Positions 20,340 through 30,263 of a stretch of DNA of 36,072 bases are shown here, in pieces (positions within the stretch are counted from its first letter, which is position 1; each line of letters begins with the position of its first letter). Source of the stretch: an uncultured archaeon (lineage in GTDB: Archaea; Asgardarchaeota; Thorarchaeia; Thorarchaeales; Thorarchaeaceae); contig CAZSWP010000037.1 of NCBI GenBank assembly GCA_964610875.1, positions 1 to 36,072 on the forward strand, written 5' to 3'. Position numbers and translations under genes: made by a program. Below the pieces are notes generated by a model. That model had not been told where the DNA came from and ran no database searches. It saw only the letters and a list, made by a program, of their open reading frames with translations.

Positions 20340-20596
20340 AGAACCCCTTCTCTTATAGACATGTGAGGACTACGAAATGTTCCTCAAAGACAGGTCATTA
20401 TGAGGTCATAAAAACCTAGCACTCGCTAATAATGAGAAGATAAAAGCGCAATTCTTTGCAATTTTGATGCAAAATACCCGGGCTTTTTCTGTAAAGTAAC
20501 CCACGATTTCTTTTTAAGAAAGGATTGAAATTGCTACGTAGCAGCAAGATATTAGACCTGCTGCTATCAGTCGAGACCTCGACGGGAAGTGGTTAA

Positions 20597-21289
20597 TTGC
20601 TTAGGATTTCGTATCTAGGTCAAACAACATTTCGATTGGACTCTGGTGAAAACTCTCTCCTCCTGAATCCAGGAATATGGGAGGGTGAACCCTTAGTTCC
20701 AGATGATCATGATATTCGTTTGATTGCAGTCACAAATCATGATGATGATGCATTAGGTAATGCTACACAGATTGCTGCAAATTCAAAATCATGGATTCTA
20801 GGCAATAAGACAACCATTGACAAAGTCAGTGAACAGGGAGGAAAGCCTTGGTTACTTCATGTGTTAAAATCTGAAGAACCATATGAAATCCCTGGATTGA
20901 AAATATCCCCACATTCGCTCAAGAAAGGTGCAATGGGAGCAGATAGAATTGAAAACCTCGGGCTCTTAATTGAGATGGGCAAGATGAGAATTGCTTATCT
21001 AGGGGACGCAAATACACGTGGACCCTTCGGACAGCTTGAGGCGGAGATTCTCATAACACCAGTTGGTGGTGGAGATATCTTTGAAGTCAAAGATGCCACG
21101 AGTTTGTGTGTTGATATGAAACCTCGAATTGTGATTCCAATGAGGTGGACTGCACCTGAACAACGTGAAAAATTTACCAAATACATTGACCAATTTGGTG
21201 GCGGAACCGAAGTTGTTTTGATGAACCCAGGTCAGGTAATAGAAACACAATGGGCAGCTGGGAACGAGTTTCAATACACATTAGACTGA
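20597..21289 (+). CDS. MBL-fold protein (UPF0173-like), metal ligands degenerate
   Basis: ISYLGQTTFRL, YLGD, PVGG and VIPM pattern. The HxHxDH motif is replaced by NHDDDA. Confidence 0.75.
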   Translation: MLRISYLGQTTFRLDSGENSLLLNPGIWEGEPLVPDDHDIRLIAVTNHDDDALGNATQIAANSKSWILGNKTTIDKVSEQGGKPWLLHVLKSEEPYEIPGLKISPHSLKKGAMGADRIENLGLLIEMGKMRIAYLGDANTRGPFGQLEAEILITPVGGGDIFEVKDATSLCVDMKPRIVIPMRWTAPEQREKFTKYIDQFGGGTEVVLMNPGQVIETQWAAGNEFQYTLD

Positions 21290-21361
21290 TATTAGTAGGA
21301 GTCTTTACCTTGCATCGAGCAATGTTAAGTTCGAGTAGAATAGATAGAAGGTGACCATCCT

Positions 21362-23143
21362 ATGAGTGAGCACAAGTCGGTTGTCATAGATATTGAAGAA
21401 ACAGAAAAGAGTCAGCTTGGCGAGTTCAGTGAACTCGAGAGCATAGAAACTTCTGGCGTACTTACTGTCCACAATGTTTCCGAGAGAGTTAGAATTTGGA
21501 ACGTAAGGGTACTACTTGGAGATAGTAGAGACGGTACAGATATTGAAGAAGAGGATCTCATGGCTGGAGAGATAGATGCCGGCCAAAAATGGGAACAAGC
21601 CTATAGTGTAGACACTGATGCACCTGTATTGACATTAACAGAAGTTTATGATACATGTGCAGAGGTTCAAAGCGACGAACCACATTGGGCTTATGTCAGC
21701 GGCAAAGACAACCGAATCCGAATAATATTGACCATTAAAAATGAAACAGATGTTCAGTTTGAAAGTGTAGTGTTGAACAAAGCTGTTCCACCGGAGATTG
21801 CTGAGATTGATATTGAGAGTGCAAAATCTGGTGTTGCTGAATTCGATGAAGGCACCAGACAAATTGTTTGGAAGGATCTTGTGTTATATCCAAATGAAGA
21901 CTCTACACTAGTACTCGTTGCCACTGCTCGCGCCGATGACGTTGAAATAAAGAAAGCTGGTGAAGTTGTAGTAACTTACAAAGCAGAAGGTCTGAAGAGG
22001 TCTGTCCTCACGCCAGATATGACTGCTCTTACAGAATTCTTGGCAGGAATCGAAACTTCAGAAACCCAGCCAAATCACTGGGAATGCATTCTTGAATGTT
22101 CAAATGAGAGCGATATCATGGTTCGATTAGACAAAGCAGATGTCTATCTCACTCCACCAGATGGCAGTGAAAAGGAACTCAAGATTGATGAGGCTCCAGC
22201 AAAGGAACTTGCACCTGGAGAAGAGTGGTCAGCCAAATTCGAGGTTGATAGCTCAAGTCCACCCATATGTACACATGAGATAACCTACACCGCAACAAAC
22301 ACTGTAAAACAACGAGTGGTTGGCACCATCAAGAAGACACCACAACCAATACCCGTCATGAGCATTAGCTATGAAAAGGATTTTGACCCGCCAGAAGTGG
22401 CAAGTTTCGATAAGACTCCGGTAGAGGTCACAATTGAGATATTGAATAATGGCACAGCAAAGCTTAATGATTTCAAGATTGTCGATAAAGTCCCAGATGA
22501 TGTGATGCCACCAAAGAAGGAACACATCGCTATCTGGGTGAGAGGAGAAGAATATTCAGGACCCTTTGAAATGACAATCGATCCAGACGATCAGGACCCA
22601 GAGAAAGCACACACTCTTACCTTTGAGATGAATAATCTTAGAGAAACAGTTGGTGAACTAGCGCCTGGAGAATCACTGAAAGTCAACTATGCGATTATGG
22701 CATGGAGGAGTAGACCCGAAAAAGAATACCCAAGTCCTATTGCATGTTATGCAAATATACATCCAAGAGGTGTTGACGTAGAAACGGTCAGTACTGATGA
22801 TGCTCACAAGATTGCAGTAGTTTACAAGAAACGCAGGCTTTCAGTTAAGAAAGCTATTAACAAAGGCGCAAATCCTGGAGAATATATCGTCTTGCTTGTT
22901 ATTGAGAATAAAGGCGAGGTCACTGTAGAGAATGTTGAAGTCACGGACTGGCTTCCATCAGGCTTCGAGTATCTTTCTGTTGACCAATCCGAAGAGGCAC
23001 CCAGTGTTGTTCCAGTGGAAGATGGAAGTAATCTCGTGTGGAACTGGACTAGGATGAGCCCAGGTGACAAGATGACAATACATGTGACTGTGCAAGGCGA
23101 AGGCGAATACGAACGCCGCGAACCTGAGATCACATCAGATTAA
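21362..23143 (+). CDS. Acidic multi-beta-sandwich protein (DUF11-like repeats; N-terminus resembles a mu-homology domain)
   Basis: 593 aa with repeated I.N.G....NV.V.D.LP.G Ig-like motifs. No signal peptide or TM segment. AGGTGA RBS. Confidence 0.65.
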   Translation: MSEHKSVVIDIEETEKSQLGEFSELESIETSGVLTVHNVSERVRIWNVRVLLGDSRDGTDIEEEDLMAGEIDAGQKWEQAYSVDTDAPVLTLTEVYDTCAEVQSDEPHWAYVSGKDNRIRIILTIKNETDVQFESVVLNKAVPPEIAEIDIESAKSGVAEFDEGTRQIVWKDLVLYPNEDSTLVLVATARADDVEIKKAGEVVVTYKAEGLKRSVLTPDMTALTEFLAGIETSETQPNHWECILECSNESDIMVRLDKADVYLTPPDGSEKELKIDEAPAKELAPGEEWSAKFEVDSSSPPICTHEITYTATNTVKQRVVGTIKKTPQPIPVMSISYEKDFDPPEVASFDKTPVEVTIEILNNGTAKLNDFKIVDKVPDDVMPPKKEHIAIWVRGEEYSGPFEMTIDPDDQDPEKAHTLTFEMNNLRETVGELAPGESLKVNYAIMAWRSRPEKEYPSPIACYANIHPRGVDVETVSTDDAHKIAVVYKKRRLSVKKAINKGANPGEYIVLLVIENKGEVTVENVEVTDWLPSGFEYLSVDQSEEAPSVVPVEDGSNLVWNWTRMSPGDKMTIHVTVQGEGEYERREPEITSD

Positions 23144-23154
23144 AGAGCAAAATA

Positions 23155-23177
23155 TGAAGGGGTCTAAACCCCCTTCA
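23155..23177. terminator. Hairpin between convergent genes, possible bidirectional terminator
   Basis: TGAAGGGG-tctaaac-CCCCTTCA, a perfect 8-bp stem in the 37-nt gap between two stop codons. Confidence 0.55.
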
Positions 23178-23180
23178 CAT

Positions 23181-23531
23181 CTATTCATTTTCAATTTCGG
23201 ATTCTAGTTCTTCAAGTTCCCTGCGAGTTGTTTCCAATTCTTTATCAATATCCTCTATCGGAACGAAATCTTCACCCTCATCTTCAGGATAGGTATTAAG
23301 ACTATAGAGAACTTGAAAGCCTGCTAAGGTTTCATGAAGAGCATTAGAAATCTCAAGGATGGAGTTTATCAAATCTGCATCACTCATATCACCATTTGTT
23401 TCGTGATGATATACAAAATCATAAGCACCTCTTACCAGAGTGAACCCCATTTCAAGGAGTTTTGTTATTACCACTGCTGGGGATGCACCTTCACTATTGA
23501 ACCAGACTGAAACCTTTGTTACATATGACAT
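23181..23531 (-). CDS. Conserved archaeal hypothetical protein
   Basis: WFNSEGASP...MGF..VRG.YDFVY motif recalled from small archaeal proteins, plus an acidic tail. Start moved to ATG 23531. Confidence 0.7.
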   Translation of the reverse strand: MSYVTKVSVWFNSEGASPAVVITKLLEMGFTLVRGAYDFVYHHETNGDMSDADLINSILEISNALHETLAGFQVLYSLNTYPEDEGEDFVPIEDIDKELETTRRELEELESEIENE

Positions 23532-23596
23532 TACAACAGACCTCATTGTACGCAATAATTCGGAACGCGATGGGATTTGCTATAAGCCTTTTCGGA

Positions 23597-24703
23597 TTAG
23601 ACCAAGTCCCTATCATTATGAATAACTAGGGAAGAATCCTCATGTAAAAGCGTGTGTTGCCATTGTTTCTTACAATCACAATGTAGTTTTTTGAGTATTG
23701 CCACATCTTGTTTCAAGGAAAAGGTTCGGATTGCTTTTACAATCTGTTTGTCACATTTCCCACAATTATGGGTTCCACGTTGTTTGCCAGCAGCAACAGG
23801 ATCACAGATAATTGGGGTTTTTGCATCGGTCTGTTCTCTGGCACGATTTAATACTTCAACAACAGTCCATAACCAGGGAGGCCTATAGACACCTCGAAAC
23901 CACAATCTATCTACTAATGTGTTCTTTTGGATATTTACTGGGTTAACTGAAACCGTAGTTACACCCATTTCTATTGCCTTCGTTATCGTTTCTACTGAAT
24001 CTTCCAATGCATCACGTTCGGTCAAGAAGGGAGGTTTAACAAGAACATATGCTCGTACATCAATATCATGGTTTCTGGCAATTGTCAGTGCCTGCTGGAA
24101 ATCAGAGAGAGAAAATCCTTTGTTTATACAGATCGATCGAATTGCATCATTTACACTCTCTAGACCAATCCCAATTTCTACATCCTTTTGAGGTATACAG
24201 TCACGTATATGTGCCATCGTAGAGGGTGTAACATATTCTGGTCTTGATTCGAGCACCACTTGTTTGAGCCGGTCATCTTCCTGAATCTTAGTGAGTATAT
24301 CAGACCTTACGGAGACAGGAACTTCTGATTCATCAAGAAAACTTCCACTTGTGTATAGTTTAACCGCTAGAGGCTCACTCAGCCCATCCAATTTTTTCAT
24401 ACCCATAATGAACTGATTGAGAAGCTGCTCATTTGTGGGAGGTGTTGAGGTTCCATCCAGTAGATAACTGCACATTGTACATCCAGCAGCATCACTACGA
24501 GCATGAGTGCATCCAATGGTATTGAGCACCAAAGACAAAGCAGTTCCTGTCATATTTCCAATGATATTCTCTGCTGTCCAAGCAGCTGCAGGGTGATTGA
24601 GATTTCCAGAGCGGCGTTGACGAATAGATTTTCCTCTTGATTGAATAGAGGCAGATATGATTTCGTGAACAATTTTCTCTTCAGCATAACCCATTTTTCT
24701 CAC
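23597..24703 (-). CDS. Archaeosine biosynthesis radical SAM enzyme RaSEA
   Basis: GC-x7-GCTMC, YTSGSFLD, ESRPEY, YRPPWLW and RGTHNCGKC motifs. Translationally coupled to arcS. Confidence 0.92.
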   Translation of the reverse strand: MRKMGYAEEKIVHEIISASIQSRGKSIRQRRSGNLNHPAAAWTAENIIGNMTGTALSLVLNTIGCTHARSDAAGCTMCSYLLDGTSTPPTNEQLLNQFIMGMKKLDGLSEPLAVKLYTSGSFLDESEVPVSVRSDILTKIQEDDRLKQVVLESRPEYVTPSTMAHIRDCIPQKDVEIGIGLESVNDAIRSICINKGFSLSDFQQALTIARNHDIDVRAYVLVKPPFLTERDALEDSVETITKAIEMGVTTVSVNPVNIQKNTLVDRLWFRGVYRPPWLWTVVEVLNRAREQTDAKTPIICDPVAAGKQRGTHNCGKCDKQIVKAIRTFSLKQDVAILKKLHCDCKKQWQHTLLHEDSSLVIHNDRDLV

Positions 24704-26610
24704 TCCTTATGACGGACTCTTACTGCATGCCCATTCTTCATTTCCATCATTTCCATACCTGACATCTCGCTCTTACCTACTCCAACAACAACTCCTTTTG
24801 CATTGATGATAATCACTTCGTCGCCCGGCCGTATTTGCTCATCAGCTTTGTCAACTCCTACAGCAAATAAGGTAGAACCTTGGAGCTCTGTTCCTTCGAA
24901 ATGAACTAAGTAACTACCATAATCGACAAGACGTTTTCCACCTGGAAGTGTTAGAGAAATACTCCCGGAATCTCCCAAGTAAGAACACAATTGTTCATTT
25001 TGAAAACGACATACTATCATTCCATAGGTTTTACCACCAAACGTGGCATCATTTGCTACTAATACCTTTGAAGCACTTCGTCCAAATTGAAAGTCAACTG
25101 TTGCACGAAGGACATCTTCTAGTAGCGTAGAAGCCCCACTGGGAATTGAGAGTTCTTCTAGCTCAGAAGTGAGCACATCTCTCAAGACATTCAATGACCA
25201 TCTGCTAGTAGAGGAGTGAATACCTGTTGTGTATATGATTTTTTGTTCGATCCCATCCTCAGCCTTTCGTACTATCTTCTGATATCCTCCTGAAACATGA
25301 GCAACAATAGTGGCATCATTATCAAATTTTGAGAGATGCTTTACTAGAGATTTTGCTCCAATATCCAACTCCTCATTGTCCCATTCACCACTAACGGGAA
25401 TATCGTAGACACTTGCAGGAAAAGTACGTTCCAATTCACGAGGGACTACACCGAGGGGAGAGGTCAGTATTACTTCTGCTATGGCATGATCCCTCCCTCG
25501 AGTAACTCCTTCAATTGCTTGTTTGATTCTTCTGTGAGACCTTGAATCAGAGTAGGGTTTCCTTGCAGAACATGGGAGAAGTATGACTATCTTCTTTCCA
25601 ATAGGTGGTATGTATCGATCAGAAACACGGCCTCTAAACCGCCTGATTGCTGGGGCATGGTAGGATTCAGGACCTATCAGTGGGCGGGTTTCCAATCCCA
25701 TCACTGGAGTAAATCGCTCTATATAATCGTAATTAATTGAATCACTAATACGAATGAAGGATGCCAGATTTGGGCTTGCATGAGTGCTAGACTCCACTAA
25801 CCAACGCAGGTTTTCTCTGTTGAATGTATGTACTGATTTTGATAGTTGTTGTACATAGATACTGTAGTTGTGAGTCCGGATGTTTTCTACAGACAAGCTG
25901 GATGCATTTTCACAATGATGACAAGCACAATAGCGTGGTTGTTCTTTTGGTCTGATATGTTCAATACAGTCAGGCCACAGTCTAATATGCGCTATAGCCA
26001 AAGAGTCTGCCAAACTTGTATCAATACCATCAAACCCAAAATAGAAGAGATAGGGAATTAACCATGGTGCTATTCGCCCCAGAGCAAGAGTCATAATATT
26101 TGCTGGCATACAGCTTCTGAGCTCCATAGAAGATATATCAGATTCACCAAGAAGACCATCAAACGAAAAAGATGCGGCGGCTATATCAAGTTCCCTGAAT
26201 TTCGGAATATGTTGCATCAAATCATCTTTTTTGATGGATGATGGTATTCTCACTACTGCTTTTGCTGGGTCGATAATTTCCTGATTCTCCCATAGAAACT
26301 CAAACTGAAGTTCGAGAAGAGCACTTCCAAAGGTACTACCCATAATATTAGCATTGGGAAATGACGGAAAGAGAAGAAGATAATCATGACCCTGTAAAGA
26401 CGAAATATCGATATTTGAAAATGATGAACCTAGTGAGATTAGCAATGGATGTTCAGACTTAATTTGATCACGCAAGTATGTTTTGACTTGTTGTATCTCA
26501 GGATATTCTTCCAATCCAAACAGAAAGGGTGTAGTGAAACGAGTATCTTCTAATCGAATCTCAGCGAGACGCGCAGGACCATCATGACCACGTTTCAGCA
26601 TAAACCGCAA
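24700..26610 (-). CDS. arcS: Archaeosine synthase alpha subunit ArcS
   Basis: Degenerate TGT-like N-terminus (DGPAR), LLPCSARKPYSDSRSH, TSPLGVVPRELE, YDIPVSGEW and C-terminal PUA domain. Confidence 0.92.
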   Translation of the reverse strand: MRFMLKRGHDGPARLAEIRLEDTRFTTPFLFGLEEYPEIQQVKTYLRDQIKSEHPLLISLGSSFSNIDISSLQGHDYLLLFPSFPNANIMGSTFGSALLELQFEFLWENQEIIDPAKAVVRIPSSIKKDDLMQHIPKFRELDIAAASFSFDGLLGESDISSMELRSCMPANIMTLALGRIAPWLIPYLFYFGFDGIDTSLADSLAIAHIRLWPDCIEHIRPKEQPRYCACHHCENASSLSVENIRTHNYSIYVQQLSKSVHTFNRENLRWLVESSTHASPNLASFIRISDSINYDYIERFTPVMGLETRPLIGPESYHAPAIRRFRGRVSDRYIPPIGKKIVILLPCSARKPYSDSRSHRRIKQAIEGVTRGRDHAIAEVILTSPLGVVPRELERTFPASVYDIPVSGEWDNEELDIGAKSLVKHLSKFDNDATIVAHVSGGYQKIVRKAEDGIEQKIIYTTGIHSSTSRWSLNVLRDVLTSELEELSIPSGASTLLEDVLRATVDFQFGRSASKVLVANDATFGGKTYGMIVCRFQNEQLCSYLGDSGSISLTLPGGKRLVDYGSYLVHFEGTELQGSTLFAVGVDKADEQIRPGDEVIIINAKGVVVGVGKSEMSGMEMMEMKNGHAVRVRHKE

Positions 26611-26624
26611 TTCTACATCATCTC

Positions 26625-29267
26625 CTACACAAGTGGTTGATAGCCAAGATATCCTTTAGTATCCACCTTGGTTTCAACCTTTTGTAGTATTTTCTTGATG
26701 CTCTCTAGAGCTCCAACCTTAAAGAGAGGACTGTTATTGTTACCACATTGGTACGAATAAGTACATAGAGGACAACCATCAATTGTTTTACAGTCACATT
26801 CTTCAAGTATGGTCTGAGTCCGTGAGAGAGCCTCTTCAAATCTTTTGAAAAGTAATTTTGATGCACCATTTCCACCAGGACTGCCATCATAGACAAAAAT
26901 GATGCCAGAGTCACCCATTGATACACCACCTATCTCTCGTGTGCTTCCACCCGTCAGCATGTCGCTTGACTCTATCACAACGTGCTCTAAGGCGTGAAAA
27001 GCACCACCATAGAGTTCAACAGGTGACATCTCAGGACCATCTATATAATCCAGACGCCCTTGAACGAAGCCATTGATAGAATCAACAGGTTCTGGTGCTT
27101 TGAATGCGAACCCTCTAGTGAGATAACTATACACAAGGGGATCTTTAATGTCATATTTCCCAATGGTCTTTCCACTTCTGGTTTCCCTTTTCACATAACC
27201 ATATACTGTCTGAGTCATTTCGAGTGTACAGTAGATAAGATTCATACCAAGGACCTTTTGTTTCTCATGAATTTCAATAATCCTTGGCATCGTTTCGTAC
27301 AGGGGTTTTGTATAGTAATAACGGTCGGGGGATTTTACAACAGCTGCTCGACCAAGCCCAGGGGTGTATCGAAATTCAACTGACTGATAATTTTGTCCAC
27401 CGTGAAGATAAATTGCCCCAGGATGTAATTCTTGAGCGGCCATGGGCATTGATCTTTCACCTAGGTCTTTTTTCTGTAGTTTAATCTGAACAGTATCACC
27501 GATGCCACGGATACTATATCCTCTCCATTCTTTCTGTGCACGGTCAAAATCATCAACACGGATAGTACCATCTTCACGAATATGTAAAATACCATCTTCC
27601 ACTAGACGGGAGATTATTTTCTTTTGTTTTGGAAATGTCGAGAGAGTCATCTTTCCGGTCATTGCTGCTGCAATCAGTTGATAATAGCCCACTACTTCAT
27701 TTTCAGGTTCCATATACGCTGCATCAACATCTGTGAAATATTTCTCTGGTCGATATCTGTAGAATGATGAAATTGGATCTTTCTCACGTAGTGCAAGAAC
27801 TGCAATGCTCTCTTGACCCTTACGTCCAGCTCTACCAATACGCTGAGTCAGTCGCGTAATGGAAGTAATCATACTCACTACACTATCGAGATCTCCAATG
27901 TCTATACCAAGTTCAAGAGTCGGTGTTGAAACAAGAACAGACAACTCTCCAGATCTGAATTGGTCCTCCACCTTGCTACGATATTTTTTTGGCAGACCTG
28001 CTCTATGTACCATTGATTTCACATCAATATCATTTAGTAACATGTTCAGAACTTCGGCCTCAGAGTGAGTATTTCCAAATACCAATGTCTTGAAATCATA
28101 CTGATTCAGTTTACTCACCAAATCAACAATCATGCTATACTTTGACCTATCCCCTGGATAGAACATCAAGAAATGTATGGGGCCTCTCTTTGCAGTTTCC
28201 GACAAGATCAGTTCAACTTTGTCATCAAAAATCTGTTCAGTAAATTCTTGTGGATTCGAAATGGTAGCTGATGCACCGATTTTCTGAAAGGAGTCCGCCT
28301 CGAGCGCTAATCGTTTTAGAATATAGTACACATTGGCACCCATTGAACCAGTGTAAAGATGAATCTCATCTAAAACAACATATTCAACCGTCCTAAGAAT
28401 AGGCACTAGTCGAGAGCGATTCCAACCAATGTGATAGTGAAGGACATCAGGATTCGTGAGTAGTATATCAGGGGGAGAGTCATATATCTTCTGCCTGTCA
28501 TTTTGTGATACATCACCATCAAAGATTGCTACATGGATTCCAGATGTTTCACACATCTCAGTTATTTTCTCATATTGATCTCTAGCAAGAGCCTTGGTTG
28601 GGTATAATAGAAGTGCTCTAACACCCGGACGTCTTAGAGAATCACTGATTCCTAATAGAAGGTTTCGAATAATAGGAAGTACGAAGGCTTCAGTTTTGCC
28701 TTGTCCAGTTGGAGCTGCAATGACTACATGCGCACCATTTGATATCTGTTCAAAAGCAGTTTCTTGGAATTCATATAACCGATGGACACCCTTTTTCTTC
28801 AACAATTCCTTCAAACGACTAGGTAGTTTGAGATCATCTAATTCGCATCCATACTCTGCATCTGTTTCACCCATCAAACGATAGCTAACCAAGAAATCAA
28901 AACCAGGGGTCACTAATTCCTTGACTGACTCAGGCAATGTATCCAAGCTTACCCCATTATCTGAAATTATCTTCTTGACTCGTGAGAGGGATTGTACTCT
29001 TTTTGGAATAAGACCTGTACGTCTTCGACGTCTGCCTTTGCGTTTTACCTTAGTAGTTTCAGTAGAATCCGAAACTGTTGTACTAGTGCTAGTCAGAGTG
29101 CCACCTCGAAGAGCTTCGACGTAAGCATCGTAAGCGTCAAACAAATCATTACTCCTACCATCTACCATCAACTCTGCATCACACCGGTAGCATGCAACAG
29201 TCCAAATATGACCACCTTTTTTTATTTCGAGCGTGGAACCACATTTTGGGCAATGCAAAATAGGCAA
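26625..29267 (-). CDS. Hrq1/MrfA(YprA)-like SF2 helicase with DUF1998 and N-terminal zinc ribbon
   Basis: PTGQGKT, PTKALARDQ, DEIH, SAT, LELGIDIG, QRIGRAGR, YDGSPGGNG and CDC..DGCPLC motifs. N-terminal CPKC/CYRC. Confidence 0.9.
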   Translation of the reverse strand: MPILHCPKCGSTLEIKKGGHIWTVACYRCDAELMVDGRSNDLFDAYDAYVEALRGGTLTSTSTTVSDSTETTKVKRKGRRRRRTGLIPKRVQSLSRVKKIISDNGVSLDTLPESVKELVTPGFDFLVSYRLMGETDAEYGCELDDLKLPSRLKELLKKKGVHRLYEFQETAFEQISNGAHVVIAAPTGQGKTEAFVLPIIRNLLLGISDSLRRPGVRALLLYPTKALARDQYEKITEMCETSGIHVAIFDGDVSQNDRQKIYDSPPDILLTNPDVLHYHIGWNRSRLVPILRTVEYVVLDEIHLYTGSMGANVYYILKRLALEADSFQKIGASATISNPQEFTEQIFDDKVELILSETAKRGPIHFLMFYPGDRSKYSMIVDLVSKLNQYDFKTLVFGNTHSEAEVLNMLLNDIDVKSMVHRAGLPKKYRSKVEDQFRSGELSVLVSTPTLELGIDIGDLDSVVSMITSITRLTQRIGRAGRKGQESIAVLALREKDPISSFYRYRPEKYFTDVDAAYMEPENEVVGYYQLIAAAMTGKMTLSTFPKQKKIISRLVEDGILHIREDGTIRVDDFDRAQKEWRGYSIRGIGDTVQIKLQKKDLGERSMPMAAQELHPGAIYLHGGQNYQSVEFRYTPGLGRAAVVKSPDRYYYTKPLYETMPRIIEIHEKQKVLGMNLIYCTLEMTQTVYGYVKRETRSGKTIGKYDIKDPLVYSYLTRGFAFKAPEPVDSINGFVQGRLDYIDGPEMSPVELYGGAFHALEHVVIESSDMLTGGSTREIGGVSMGDSGIIFVYDGSPGGNGASKLLFKRFEEALSRTQTILEECDCKTIDGCPLCTYSYQCGNNNSPLFKVGALESIKKILQKVETKVDTKGYLGYQPLV

Positions 29268-29377
29268 ATATACATCACTAGCTGACCAAAAACAGGAAAG
29301 AGCTTATCAAAGTTGGCTTGCATCTCACGTTTTATCCCTTGGGAAAACACAGCCGCTAGCACAACTCTTTTAACAGG

Positions 29378-29396
29378 TGTGCATAGATTATGCACA
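29378..29396. promoter_or_regulatory. Palindromic operator candidate upstream of the thioredoxin genes
   Basis: TGTGCATA-gat-TATGCACA perfect inverted repeat just downstream of a TTTTAA TATA-like box at 29368-29373. Confidence 0.5.
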
Positions 29397-29422
29397 ACTG
29401 ATTGTAAAGTGAGGAAACACTC

Positions 29423-29785
29423 ATGGTTCAAGAGATAAAATCAGAAGAACTTGAAGTAATTATTGCAGAGAATAAAGTGGTATTCGTAGACTGTCATGCT
29501 GTTTGGTGTGGACCCTGCAAAGCACTCTCACCCATAATGGCAGAGATAGCAGAAAAATACGGAGAAAAAGGAGTCAAAGTTGTCAAACTTGATGTTGACC
29601 AAAACCGTGAATTTAGCATGGAAAATCGAATCACTGGTGTTCCAAGCGTATTAGTTTATGCCGAGGGTAAAAGAGTCGTCTTTGACGATGGTCGAGGTCA
29701 AAAAACAGACAAGCTTGTTGGTGTAATGCCACCCGAAGTTTATGACCAGATTGCAGAGAACCTACTTGCTGATACTACAGCATAA
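29423..29785 (+). CDS. trxA: Thioredoxin
   Basis: WCGPC active site, GVP cis-Pro loop, GTGAGG RBS. Confidence 0.92.
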   Translation: MVQEIKSEELEVIIAENKVVFVDCHAVWCGPCKALSPIMAEIAEKYGEKGVKVVKLDVDQNREFSMENRITGVPSVLVYAEGKRVVFDDGRGQKTDKLVGVMPPEVYDQIAENLLADTTA

Positions 29786-29887
29786 CCAGAATAACTGTGG
29801 GTACGATGTACCTACAGCTTTACTATATTTGACGTAGCAAGATTCATAGGACAACTTAGCCCCATAATTTTTTGAGTGTGGCTACGT

Positions 29888-30253
29888 GTGGTAAAGGATA
29901 TGTCACCAGATGATGTTAAAGACATTATCAATACAACAAAACTTGTTTTGATTGATTGTTGGGCACCCTGGTGTAAACCGTGCTTGACGCTAACTCCAAT
30001 TCTTGAAGAACTGGACGAAAAATTTTCTAATAACGATGATGTACAATTTATGAAAATTAACACACAAGACCATCGAGGTTTTGCAATGGAAAACAAAGTT
30101 GTAGCAATACCATGTGTCTTGATATACCATAATGGTGAACCAGCAAGGCTGGAAGTTCCAGACCCACGAGGAGGACCACCGAAGATATTAGATAGACTAG
30201 TTGGTCTTAGACCAATAGAACATTATGAAGCTGTTATTGAAAAATTACTATGA
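29888..30253 (+). CDS. Thioredoxin paralog
   Basis: WAPWCKPC and AIP motifs. Start uncertain (29876, 29888 or 29900). Confidence 0.88.
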   Translation: MVKDMSPDDVKDIINTTKLVLIDCWAPWCKPCLTLTPILEELDEKFSNNDDVQFMKINTQDHRGFAMENKVVAIPCVLIYHNGEPARLEVPDPRGGPPKILDRLVGLRPIEHYEAVIEKLL

Positions 30254-30263
30254 GGTGTAGAAA

